The notes: a model not told the origin generated them from the sequence alone. A stretch of DNA of 64,000 nt from Octopus sinensis (GCF_006345805.1 NC_042998.1:129270001-129334000), one strand, 5' to 3'. Numbered from the stretch's first letter, positions 1 through 13,277 are shown. Made by a program: numbers and translations.

Positions 1-272
1 CCTATTCGCCAGATTTAGTACCTGAAGACTTCCCATATGCTTTCCAAGATGAAAGGTCACTTTTTAACACCGTTGTAGAAATCCAGAAAGTCTTCAACTC
101 GCTTACGTGAAACAACTTCGAAGCCGGATTCCAAAAGTGGCAGGAACGCTGAGATCGGTGTAATGCTGCACAAGGTGACTATTTCGAAGGAGATGATATT
201 TAAACTTAGGTAAATACCATTTTTGATTAAACATATCTAGTCCGGGAACCCTTTGATAATTTCACTTCGTGT
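1..272 (+). mobile_element. Mariner (Tc1/mariner) transposon 3' remnant
   Basis: tattcgccagattta encodes YSPDL; downstream reads QER*DRCNAAQGDYFEGD, a typical mariner C-terminus. Frameshifted and cut by the window edge. Confidence 0.8.
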
Positions 273-410
273 GTATATATAAATATATACAAAATCAAAT
301 AAGGGTAGAATTTTTTCTTGAGAACACATTCTTCGTGGAAAATGGCGATTTTGACATCTATATCTAGCATATAGGCTGTCCATTTTTTTAGTGGTTAGTC
401 CTCTAAATTT

Positions 411-411
<1 letters not shown>

Positions 412-457
<46 letters not shown>

Positions 458-485
458 GAGAGAGAGAGAGAGAGAGTGAGAAGAG

Positions 486-512
<27 letters not shown>
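412..512. repeat. (TA)n/(GA)n microsatellite at the left end of the PLE
   Basis: Direct inspection. Confidence 0.95.
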
Positions 513-518
<6 letters not shown>

Positions 519-611
519 AAAATATTATTCGAGACAAAACCACTATTTTGCAACAAAACAAGGAAAGACTTAATAATACATAAAATTTTAATAAATAGTC
601 AAAAAAAACCG

Positions 612-654
612 CCACTACAATCGTTTCTTGTCTTGATCGACAATCTTCAGGTGG
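612..654 (-). ncRNA. Minimal type I hammerhead ribozyme (3' pLTR copy)
   Basis: Reverse complement reads CCAC-CUGAAGA-UUGUC(GAUCAA)GACAA-GAAAC-GAUU-GUA-GUGG. Confidence 0.85.
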
Positions 655-1099
655 ACTTCCAATCTAAAAAATCAATATTTTAAAATATAAAAATAATAAT
701 TTTAAAATAATTAAAGTATGAATGAAAAAATATAAGTATATAATCCATATATAACCTATCTATAATCCATATATAAACAATATATAAACAATATATAAAC
801 TAAAAAAACCTATCAACAATTAAATATAAAATATAAAATATAAAATATAAAATATAAAATATAAAACAAAACAAAAAAAAAAATAATAATATAATAATAA
901 ACTATATATACACCCATACGCATATACCTAATTATATATAACCATATCTAACTACATACACTAAATCACACACCTATATATATATCCCTATACATACACA
1001 TAAAAATGTCTAGGCAACTATAAATAAATAAAATAGCTAAATACTTCAACACAATACTTATTCATACTCCCACACACACACACATACAACCCACATTCA

Positions 1100-4000
1100 C
1101 GCTCTAGAAAAACGGACATCACTCAAAACTATGAACGGAGAAATGGAATAAATGGAATTAAAAATTATATACACTTTGTAAAACAAACACTACTTAAAAA
1201 TTATGAATGAAACAATGCAATAAAACAACAGACATCGCAAATATACACAAATTACTACAAATTCCTTATCAAACCTACCATGATAACCAAAATTCATAAA
1301 AACATATAATGATAAAATCTCCCTTTACTAAACTCTATAACAAACCTATATAGCAATCCCCCTAACCTAAACATTCACACACAAATACACACACGTAAAC
1401 CACACACACACGACATATACAAATACCCACACCACTTACACATACCAATACATACATATAAACCTCAACATATACTCCAAAAACCCACTCAACCCCACAC
1501 AGACAAATAAACACAAAAATTATGAATGAATGGATTCATTTATAAAACTACCATGATAATCTAAAACTCACAAAACAGAAATGATAAAACCTCCCTTACT
1601 AAACACTAAAACATACTTATATAGCAATTCATTTAACCTATACATTCACACACCAAACCACTCGTAAACCACACACCCATAACAAATACAAACTCCCACC
1701 CCACTCACACACACCCACAAGTACATATAAGCCTCAACATATACACCAAACAAAATTACTTTACCAAGGAACTTAACATATATATAAAAAGTATAACCGC
1801 TCTGGAAACGAACATCTCTAAATTAATGAATGGAGAAATGGAATAAATGGAATTAAAAATAAAATTCACGTGGCAAAACGAACACCACTCAAAAATTATG
1901 AATGAAACAATATAATAAAACAACCAACATCGAAAATAGACAAATTACTACGAATTCCCTAAAAAAAAAAAAAACCATGATAAACCAAAACTCTTAAAAA
2001 ACATATAACGATAAAATCTCCCTTTGCTAAACTCTATAACAAACCTATATAGTAATCCCCCTAACCTAAACATTCACACACAAACACACACGTAAACCAC
2101 ATACCCACGACTTATACACATACCTAAACTAACTTATAAACCTCCATATACACCAAAACCACTCCCTCCCACACAGACAAATTAAATCATAATCCCAAAA
2201 CCTAAATAACAAACCCATATACACATTCACACACAAACACCACACACACGCAAAACACACAAAACACAACATATACATATACTCCCTCACATATACGCAT
2301 ATACATACTCACTAAACTCAATATATACAACAATATTTACACACCCACACTCATACAGATAAATAAATTATACAACTAAAAAACTCGCACACAATCTCAT
2401 ATACATAACACTCCTATGAAAACAACATTAAATACATCGTAATTAACCAGAATATCAAAAATAACAATATGACATAAAGGTAAATAAAATACATACTTAC
2501 AATTCAGTGTCAAATTATGAAGTGAAATTAAATTCTTAGCCGTTAAAAAATCAAACCAAAATTACGTTACCATAGAAATAACTTATGTAAAAAAAGACTA
2601 ACAATCAACTTACAGTAACCCAAACCCATTCTCAATGCCTACCTCACTACTACACTATTCCATTCACAATTCCAAACAACGCTAGTCCACCTCCCGGTTA
2701 TTCACGTGGCAAAACGAACACCACTCAAAAATTATGAATGAAACAATGTAATAAAACAACCAACATCGAAAATAGACAATTACCACGAATTCCCTAAAAA
2801 AACCATGATAAACCAAAACTCCTAAAAACATTATAACGATAAATCTCCCTTTACTAAACTCTATAACAAACCTATATAGCAATCTCCCTAACCTAAACAT
2901 TCACACACAAATACACACTCGTAAACCACAGACCCACTACTTATACACATACCTATACTAACTTATAAACCTCAATATACACCAAAACCACTCCCTCCCA
3001 CACAGACAAATTAACACATACATCAAAACCTAAATAACACAAACCCATATACACATTCACACACAAACACACACACACGCAAAACACACACACACAACAG
3101 ATACATATACTCCATCACATATACGCATATACATACTCACTAAACTCGATATATACAACAATATTTACACACCCACACTCATACAGATAAATAAATTATA
3201 CAACTAAAAAACTCGCACACAATCTCATATACATAAACACACCTATGAAAACAACATTAAATACATCGTAATTAACCAAAATATCAAAAATAACAATATG
3301 ACATAAGGATAAATAAAATACATACTTACAATTCAGTGTCAAATTATGAAGTGAAATTAAATTCTTAGCCGTTAAAAAAATCAAAGCAAAATTACGTTAC
3401 CATAGAAATAACTTATGTAAAAAAAGAATACGCGCCATGGAAAGTAAACGTCATTTAATTATGAATGGAGAAATAGGAAAATGGAACTAAAAACTATATC
3501 CACGTGGCAAACCAACACTACTTAAAAAAAGTTTATTATGAATGGATTCTTTAAAAAACTACCATTAAAAATCATTATATACATCTATGAACTTTAGCTC
3601 ACCTTAGCATCTCTAACAAACAACTTGCAGTAACCCAAACCCATTCTCTATGCCTACTTCACTACTACACTATTCCATTCACAATTCCAAGCAACGCTAG
3701 TCCACCACCCGGTTATTCACGTGGCAAAACTAACACCACTCAAAAATTATGAATGAAACAATGTAATAAAACAACCAACATCGAAAATAGACAAATTACC
3801 ACGAATTCCCTAAAATAACCATGATAAACCAAAACTCATAAAAACATATAACGATAAAATCTCCCTTTGCTAAACTCTATAACAAACCTATATAGTAATC
3901 CCCCTAAACATTCACACACAAATACACACTCGTAAACCACAATCCACGACTTATACACATACCTATCCTAATTTTAAACCTCAATATACACCAAAACCCA

Positions 4001-4730
4001 CTCCCTCCCACACAGACAAATTAACACAAACATCCCAAAACCTAAATAACAAACCCATATACACATTCACACACAAACACACACACACACAAAAAAACAA
4101 CATACACAACAGATACATATACTCCCTCACATATACTCATATATATACTCACTAAACTCGATATATACAACAATATTTACACACCCACACTCATACAGAT
4201 AAATAAAATATACAACTAAAAACTCACACACAATCTCATATACATAAAACTCCTATGAAAACAACATTAAATACATCGTAATTAACCAGAATATCAAAAT
4301 AACAATATGACATAAGGATAAATAAAATACATACTACAAGTCAATTTCAAATAATGAAGTGAAATTAAATTCTTAGCCGTTAAAAAAACCAAACCAAAAT
4401 TACATTACCATAGAAATAACTTATGTAAAAAAAAGAGAGATATACACGCCATAGAAATTAAACGTCATTTAAATTATGAATGGAGAAATAGAATAAATGG
4501 AACTAAAACTATATCCACGTAGCAAACCAACACTACGTAAAAAAATTTTTAATCAATGGATTCTTTAAAAAACTACCATGAAAAACCATTATATACATTT
4601 ATGAGCTTAACTCACCCTATCAGCTCTAACAAACAACCTACAGCAACCCAAACCTATTCCCGATGCCTACCTCACTACCACACTAATCAATTCCCAATTC
4701 CAAGCAACGCTAGTCCACCACCCGGTTACA
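1100..4730. repeat. Complex tandem repeat (units ~0.85-1.0 kb plus partial units) in the PLE 3' region
   Basis: ttcacgtggcaaaac recurs near 1866, 2701 and 3716; gctagtccacc-cccggtta near 2681, 3696 and 4709; + strand is A/C-rich and nearly G-free. Confidence 0.9.
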
Positions 4731-4949
4731 ATTCCCAACTCCACCCATTAATTCACAATTTCAACGACATTCGCCTCCACAACGCTACATATAAGCCTCA
4801 ACATATACACCGGAGATACACTTACACATCCGTGCGGATGGGTGAGAGTATACATTAAGTGTAGTGATGGGGCTCCCATTACTATACACATTTGTACCTA
4901 TGTGGTAGTCTCCATGTGTATATTACGCACGGGTATAAATAACTGCAGG

Positions 4950-5220
4950 GGGTACAGGCGCACGTCGTTTACGTGTACCCCTCACATGTACATATGCATG
5001 CTATTTGGGCTCGATATATGCAACAATGTAATCGCGCCCGCATACATGCATATGGGCGAATTGCACAATCAAAAAACGCACACGTGTGTGTGTGCGTTCC
5101 CTAGTTGTGCAATTCACCCATCTGGGTGTGAGTGGGTGTAATCTTATCACTATGGATGTCAAGCTTAATACGTATTTATATAAGTATGTATAACGGGTTG
5201 TACGTATTAATTGTGTGCAT
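4950..5220 (+). repeat. Imperfect internal hairpin, axis ~5086
   Basis: tgggcgaattgcacaa..aacgcacac (5053-5083) pairs with gtgtgcgtt..ttgtgcaattcaccca (5090-5120); ttgggctcgatat pairs with atgtcaagcttaa further out. Confidence 0.75.
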
Positions 5221-5873
5221 GTGCTTCACGCACTTGCGTCCATATATGGATGAATATATTGGGATTACTATGTGGGTGTAAATTGGGTATGGAGGGGGGA
5301 ATTTTGTCATTGTATGGGTGTGGGTTTCATTTATGATAGTGGTTAGTTGGTGATTTTTAGTATGTTCTATATATTTGGGTTAGTTATGTATTATTCTAGT
5401 GTGTATAATTGAATACATATAATTTGTGTGAATGGGATTACGCCCATTTTTGGGGATGTATGTGTTTATTTATCCATGTGGGGCGGGAGTGGCCGTTAGG
5501 TGTATATGCCGAGGCTCACATGCAATTCCAGGTACATCGAATGAAGTGGGTACCTATATTTGTTATGGGTGTGTGTACTTTATTATAACAGACAAAACCC
5601 AATAAAATCTGTCAATTAAACATACAAATAAAAAACAAAAAACAAAGGATCTTAAACATTCACACATACATACAAAACTCAATAAAAACACCACTAAATA
5701 ACACCCATAAAATATAAATATATCCTCCAAATATATACATTAAAAATGAACTAATTAAAACAAAGAAATATAAATAAAGACTAACTATAATTAAAGCCTA
5801 GACAAATAACCAAAAATATATTATCTAAACTAATTTAAACTAAATTAAAGTAACCTAAAAGGGAACTATTTTG

Positions 5874-8378
5874 CTATTTATCATGAAACTTATTATATAG
5901 GTAAAGTAACTTATGTCTGCATTTTATTTTGCGCTCCTCGCCAGTATTAAGTAAATTATCATACTTATAAAATAAAATTTCTTTAAACTCATTAGAGCAT
6001 AAATAACAACAATTAGCTCCTATAGTATATGATTTAGTTTTACAAATTATTTCCCAAATTAAACTATAATTAATATTTAGTGATTTAAGACTCCAAATGT
6101 ACTTACTAAGTCCGGTTGAGTTGATTAAGTTTTTATTTTTAAAAGAATTCATATGTTGTGCGATTCTTAGTTTTATTTTTGAGGAAGTAGAACCTATATA
6201 AACCGCTTTTTTGTAATTATTATTCTTAAAGTTATTATCATGTAATGTAACTATACATTTATACACTACATCGTTAATATCACAATTATTATTTAATATA
6301 CAATTAGATTTATCTCTACATGTACATTTAATATAAGTCTTATCATTATTAATATTATTATCAAATAATTTCTTTTTATAAAAATTATTCAGTTTATATT
6401 ATATTAAATGAAGAAATAATGTTACCAACATTATTAGTGGTAGAGTAACCAACTCCAAAATTATTAAAAGAGAAAATGTTTCTATATTTACGATTATCTC
6501 TAATAAATAGTTCTATAACATCTAAAATCTCTTTAATAATATTCGTTTTTACTTGATTTCCATAAGGAACTATTAACCAAATTTATTCTTATTAACCTTA
6601 TTATTATTATCATTATTATAAATATATTTATAATTCTTTATTTATTAAAATTATTATCAGAATTATATCTATGTACAGCATTTAAGGAATTATTAATATT
6701 ATTAAATTTATCAATATAATTATTATAATAATTATTAAATTTATTTTTATTTTTATTATTCTTATTGTATTATTATTATATATTTATTATTATTATTATT
6801 ATTCTTATTTATATTTTATCATTTTTATTATTTTTTTAAAAAAATATCTATATTTTACCACTAAACCTAACAAAATTATAATTATTATTAGAAGTATCTC
6901 GAAAATTAACAATTAAATCTTTATCACTAATATTATAAAATTAATATTCCTGTTATAACCTGCCCCTCTAAGGGCCTCATTATAATAATTAGCATGTTTA
7001 TTAAAAATCTCTATATCATAAGAGAGTAATGAAATACGTTTACTTATATTATAATCAACGATTTTTAATAGAAAATGGGTGATTACTATTAACATTTATA
7101 TATCTAAGGTTCTCATTAAGTTTATGATATGGTTGTGTTTTACCTGTAATAAGATTAAAATTAACATCTAAATAATTAACATATAATTCTCCTTATATAT
7201 AGTAATACTTAAACCATATCTTTTAAAGAAACTATATAGTTTTTTCTTATATACTTCTAGATTCCTATTAGTACAATTCTTTGTAACTAGTAGAAGATCG
7301 TCTCTATATAAACCACCCTCTATCTTAAGATTTTCTAATTGGAGTTCAGATAAAAGAAAAATACCTACTAAATCAGTAGCCTGTGCAGAATCTGGTGCTC
7401 CCATAGGTATATCAAAACAATCTCTAGTATCATTCCTAGCCCATAATTTATTTTTATATTTAATTAGCGATTTCCTAGCCATTTTAATTACATTAACTTC
7501 TTCACGTGACATACCCGCTTTATTCATTGCGAAAATAAGCGCTTTATTAAACACAATTTCATTAATAGAAGAATAATAATTATCAATATCTATTTGAATA
7601 AATTTATAACGATTTTTATCTTTAATATTATTAAACCATTTCAATGTATTATTATTACTAAACCATAATTTTTTAAATAATTAAGGTTATTAACTTATCT
7701 ATATATTTATCTAAAATAAATTTACTTAATTTACCTAGATCCGATTTACATGGGCAAATAATCTAACTTTAGGGTCTGAATAAAAATTATCTTTATGGTC
7801 TTTAAGAGTAATTCTGGGGTGCAAAGGTACATAAGGTTCAGTTTTATTATCCAACTCATATTTTAACATTACTACTTTAGAGGCCTTATTAATATTATAA
7901 AGAATATCATCTGGAACAATTTTATATTTTTAATTATTTCTTTCCCTAATAGTTATCATATAATTTAACATCTAATTATATAAAATCCTTGTTTTATCAG
8001 ATTGTACTATAATACCATCCATATTTCTCATATCTTTAATTTTAATTGCTAAATTCCTTAAATATTCATTATTTCTATTTGGGCATTTATGGAATTCAAT
8101 ATTTTTTACCACCTTCCATATACTATCTTCAAGTAATTGTAATTCTTTATTAAATGGAGGTTCCTTTCTAGATTTAAATTTAGAGGTAAAATTATCATTC
8201 CTACTATCAATATCATTAAATAAATAAAAATTATAGTAAAAAGCTTTCCATTTAATTCTAGAAATAAAATCTTTAACATTATAACAAGTTTCAAAATAAA
8301 TTCCTTTCTAGAAGGAATAGGAATATCTTTCAAAGATGAATCCCAAAACAGCGGTTCTATCTTACCTGTAAAATCCAT
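5874..8378 (-). pseudogene. PLE polyprotein (reverse transcriptase + C-terminal GIY-YIG endonuclease), frameshifted in this assembly
   Basis: ORF pieces: SLKDIPIPS (N-term); IQIDIDNYYSSI, FDIPMGAPDSAQATDLVG and GGLYRDD (RT); CTCRDKSNC..VVYKC, VYIGST..R..QH, LSKYIW, CYLC and CRH (GIY-YIG + Zn-finger). Total ~2.5 kb. Confidence 0.88.
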
Positions 8379-8423
8379 AATTTACGAAATTGAGGTATTA
8401 CACTCAATATACAAAATTATCAA

Positions 8424-8756
8424 TATTATATAAATAATAAATATTAGGGAATAAATCCAAATTTACAGGGAAAAAATCAGATTTATGATTAAATCGATTT
8501 TATAGTAAAATATTATAAAATATTATTCGAGACAAAACCACTATTTTGCTAAACAAACAAGGAAAGACTTAATTAATACATAAAATTTTAATAAATAGTC
8601 AAAAAAACCGCCACTACAATCGTTTCTTGTCTTGATCGACAATCTTCAGGTGGACTTCCAATCTAAAAAATCAATATTTTAAAATATAAAAATAATAATT
8701 TTAAAATAATTAAAGTATGAATGAAAAAATATAAGTATATAATCCATATATAACCT
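8424..8756 (-). repeat. 5' pLTR copy (direct repeat of the element 3' end) upstream of the ORF start
   Basis: ~8511-8756 matches 511-757; 8424-8756 matches the reverse complement of ~12897-13225. Confidence 0.9.
8611..8653 (-). ncRNA. Minimal hammerhead ribozyme (5' pLTR copy, ~230 nt upstream of the ATG)
   Basis: Identical to the 612-654 motif. Confidence 0.85.
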
Positions 8757-11700
8757 CGTGCGTAATATACACATGGAGACTACCACATAGGTACAAATGT
8801 GTATAGTAATGGGAGCCCCATCACTACACTTAATGTATACTCTCACCCATCCGCACGGATGTGTAAGTGTATCTCCGGTGTATATGTTGAGGCTTATATG
8901 TAGCGTTGTGGAGGCGAATGTCGTTGAAATTGTGAATTAATGGGTGGAGTTGGGAATTGTAACCGGGTGGTGGACTAGCGTTGCTTGGAATTGGGAATTG
9001 ATTAGTGTGGTAGTGAGGTAGGCATCGGGAATAGGTTTGGGTTGCTGTAGGTTGTTTGTTAGAGCTGATAGGGTGAGTTAAGCTCATAAATGTATATAAT
9101 GGTTTTTCATGGTAGTTTTTTAAAGAATCCATTGATTAAAAATTTTTTTACGTAGTGTTGGTTTGCTACGTGGATATAGTTTTAGTTCCATTTATTCTAT
9201 TTCTCCATTCATAATTTAAATGACGTTTAATTTCTATGGCGTGTATTCTCTCTTTTTTTTACATAAGTTATTTCTATGGTAATGTAATTTTGGTTTGGTT
9301 TTTTTAACGGCTAAGAATTTAATTTCACTTCATTATTTGAAATTGACTTGTAGTATGTATTTTATTTATCCTTATGTCATATTGTTATTTTGATATTCTG
9401 GTTAATTACGATGTATTTAATGTTGTTTTCATAGGAGTTTTATGTATATGAGATTGTGTGTGAGTTTTTAGTTGTATATTTTATTTATCTGTATGAGTGT
9501 GGGTGTGTAAATATTGTTGTATATTCGAGTTTAGTGAGTATATATATGAGTATATGTGAGGGAGTATATGTATCTGTTGTGTATGGGTGTTTTTTGTGTG
9601 TGTTGTGGTTTGTGTGTGAATGTGTATATGGGTTTGTTATTTAGGTTTTGGGATGTTTGTGTTAATTTGTCTGTGTGGGAGGGAGTGGGTTTTGGTGTAT
9701 ATTGAGGTTATAAATTAGGATAGGTATGTGATAAGTCGTGGATTGTGGTTACGAGTGTGTATTTGTGTGTGAATGTTTAGGGGGATTATATATAGGTTTG
9801 TTATAGAGTTTAGCAAAGGGAGATTTATCGTTATATGTTTTTATGAGTTTTGGTTTATCATGGTTATTTTAGGGAATTCGTGGTAATTTGTCTATTTTCG
9901 ATGTTGGTTGTTTTATTACATTGTTTCATTCATAATTTTTGAGTGGTGTGTTAGTTTTGCCACGTGAATAACGGGTGGTGGACTAGCGTTGCTTGGAATT
10001 GTGAATGGAATAGTGTAGTAGTGAAGTAGGCATAGAGAATGGGTTTGGGTTACTGCAAGTTGTTTGTTAGAGATGCTAAGGTGAGCTAAAGTTCATAGAT
10101 GTATATAATGATTTTTAATGGTAGTTTTTTAAAGAATCCATTCATAATAAAAGTTTTTTTAAGTAGTGTTGGTTGCCACGTGGATATAGTTTTTAGTTCC
10201 ATTTTCCTATTTCTCCATTCATAATTTAAATGACGTTTACTTTCCATGGCGCGTATTTTTTTTACATAAGTTATTTCTATGGTAACGTAATTTTGCTTTG
10301 ATTTTTTAACGGCTAAGAATTTAATTTCACTTCATAATTTGACACTGAATTGTAAGTATGTATTTTATTTATCCTTATGTCATATTGTTATTTTTGATAT
10401 TTTGGTTATTACGATGTATTTAATGTTGTTTTCATAGGTGTGTTTATGTATATGAGATTGTGTGCGAGTTTTTAGTTGTATAATTTATTTATCTGTATGA
10501 GTGTGGGTGTGTAAAATTGTTGTATATATCGAGTTTAGTGAGTATGTATATGCGTATATGTGATGGAGTATATGTATCTGTGTGTGTGTGTGTTTTGCGT
10601 GTGTGTGTGTTTGTGTGTGAATGTGTATATGGGTTTGTTATTTAGGTTTTGGGATGTATGTGTTAATTTGTCTGTGTGGGAGGGAGTGGGTTTTGGTGTA
10701 TATTGAGGTTTATAAGTTAGTATAGGTATGTGTATAAGTAGTGGGTCTGTGGTTTACGAGTGTGTATTTGTGTGTGAATGTTTAGGTTAGGGAGATTGCT
10801 ATATAGGTTTGTTATAGAGTTTAGTAAAGGGAGATTTATCGTTATATGTTTTTAGGAGTTTGGTTTATCATGGTTTTTTTAGGGAATTCGTGGTAATTTG
10901 TATTTTCGATGTTGGTTGTTTTATTACATTGTTTCATCATTCATAATTTTTGAGTGGTGTTCGTTTTGCCACGTGAATAACCGGGAGGTGGACTAGCGTT
11001 GTTTGGAATTGTGAATGGAATAGTGTAGTAGTGAGGTAGGCATTGAGAATGGGTTTGGGTTACTGTAAGTTGATTGTTAGTCTTTTTTACATAAGTTATT
11101 TCTATGGTAACGTAATTTTGGTTTGATTTTTTAACGGCTAAGAATTTAATTTCACTTCATAATTTGACACTGAATTGTAAGTATGTATTTTATTTACCTT
11201 TATGTCATATTGTTATTTTTGATATTCTGGTTAATTACGATGTATTTAATGTTGTTTTCATAGGAGTGTTTATGTATAGAGATTGTGTGCGAGTTTTTAG
11301 TTGTATAATTTATTTATCTGTATGAGTGGGGGTGTGTAAATATTGTTGTATATATTGAGTTTAGTGAGTATGTATATGCGTATATGTGAGGGAGTATATG
11401 TATATGTTGTGTTTGTGTGTTTTGCGTGTGTGTGTGTTTGTGTGTGAATGTGTATATGGGTTTGTTATTAGGTTTTGGGATGTATGAGTTAATTTGTCTG
11501 TGTGGGAGGGAGTGGTTTTTGGTGTATATGGAGGTTTATAAGTTAGTTTAGGTATGTGTATAAGTCGTGGGTATGTGGTTTGTGTGTGTTTGTGGGTGAA
11601 TGTTTAGGTTAGGGGGATTACTATATAGGTTTGTTATAGAGTTTAGCAAAGGGAGATTTATCGTTATATGTTTTTTAAGAGTTTTGGTTTATCATGGTTT

Positions 11701-13225
11701 TTTTTTTTTTTAGGGAATTCGTAGTAATTTGTCTATTTTCGATGTTGGTTGTTTTATTATATTGTTTCATTCATAATTTTTGAGTGGTGTTCGTTTTGCC
11801 ACGTGATTTTATTTTTAATTCCATTTATTCCATTTCTCCATTCATTAATTTAGAGATGTTCGTTTCCAGAGCGGTTATACTTTTTATATATATGTTAAGT
11901 TCCTTGGTAAAGTATTTTGTTTGGTGTATATGTGAGGCTTATATGTACTTGTGGGTGTGTGTGAGTGGGGTGGGAGTTTGTATTTGTTATGGGTGTGTGG
12001 TTTACGAGTGGTTTGGTGTGTGAATGTATAGGTTAAATGAATTGCTATATAAGTATGTTTTAGTGTTTAGTAAAGGGAGGTTTTATCATTTCTGTTTTGT
12101 GAGTTTTAGATTATCATGGTAGTTTTATAAATGAATCCATTCATAATTTTTGTGTTTATTTGTCTGTGTGGGGTTGTGGGGTTTTTGGAGTATATGTTGA
12201 GGTTTATATGTATGTATTGGTATGTGTAAGTGGTGTGGGTATTTGTATATGTCGTGGGTGTGTGGTTTACGTGTGTGTATTTGTGTGTGAATGTTTAGGT
12301 TAGGGGGATTGATATAGTTTTGTTATAGAGTTTAGTAAAGGGAGATTTTATCATTATATGTTTTTATGAATTTTGGTTATCATGGTAGGTTTGATAAGGA
12401 ATTTGTAGTAATTTGTGTATATTTGCGATGTCTGTTGTTTTATTGCATTGTTTCATTCATAATTTTTAAGTAGTGTTTGTTTTACAAAGTGTATATAATT
12501 TTTAATTCCATTTATTCCATTTCTCCGTTCATAGTTTTGAGTGATGTCCGTTTTTCTAGAGCGTGAATGTGGGTTGTATGTGTGTGTGTGTGGGAGTATG
12601 AATAAGTATTGTGTTGAAGTATTTAGCTATTTTATTTATTTATAGTTGCCTAGACATTTTTATGTGTATGTATAGGGATATATATATAGGTGTGTGATTT
12701 AGTGTATGTAGTTAGATATGGTTATATATAATTAGGTATATGCGTATGGGTGTATATATAGTTTATTATTATATTATTATTTTTTTTTTGTTTTGTTTTA
12801 TATTTTATATTTTATATTTTATATTTTATATTTAATTGTTGATAGGTTTTTTTAGTTTATATATTGTTTATATATTGTTTATATATGGATTATAGATAGG
12901 TTTATATGGATTATATACTTATATTTTTTCATTCATACTTTAATTATTTTAAAATTATTATTTTTTATTTTTAAAATATTGATTTTTTAGATTGGAAGTC
13001 CACCTGAAGATTGTCGATCAAGACAAGAAACGATTGTAGTGGCGGTTTTTTTTTGACTATTTATTAAAATTTTATGTATTAATTAAGTCTTTCCTTGTTT
13101 GTTTTGCAAAATAGTGGTTTTGTCTCGAATAATATTATAATATTTTACTATAAAATCGATTTAATCATAAATCTGATTTTTCCCTGTAAATTTGGATTTA
13201 TTCCCTAATATTATTATTATTATAA
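8757..13225 (+). repeat. Inverted arm of the PLE (reverse complement of 4931->511 plus ~85 nt extension)
   Basis: cgtgcgtaatatacacatgg at 8757 = reverse complement of 4912-4931; the same 100-aa ORF appears at 4556-4858(+) and 8830-9132(-). Confidence 0.95.
13000..13042 (+). ncRNA. Minimal hammerhead ribozyme (inverted arm), predicted cleavage after GUA at 13038
   Basis: CCAC CTGAAGA TTGTC GATCAA GACAA GAAAC GATT GTA GTGG. Confidence 0.85.
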
Positions 13226-13233
13226 TATATATA

Positions 13234-13277
<44 letters not shown>

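Larger units (their letters stand above)
511..13225 (-). mobile_element. Penelope-like retroelement (Naiad-like motif set) with ~4.4-kb inverted duplication
   Basis: RT+GIY-YIG ORF at 5874-8378; direct pLTR-type repeat 511-757 = ~8511-8756; 8757-13140 is the reverse complement of 4931-511; hammerhead in all three terminal copies; both ends abut (TA)n. Confidence 0.9.

Noticed and set aside
1100-4730. CRISPR-like or telomeric array
   Set aside because: Units are long and degenerate, with no constant repeat/unique spacer pattern and no TTAGGG array; eukaryotic context.
4556-4858. 100-aa ORF duplicated at 8830-9132
   Set aside because: Lies in the tandem-repeat unit and is duplicated only because of the inversion; the G-poor strand has few stops and no homology is recognised.
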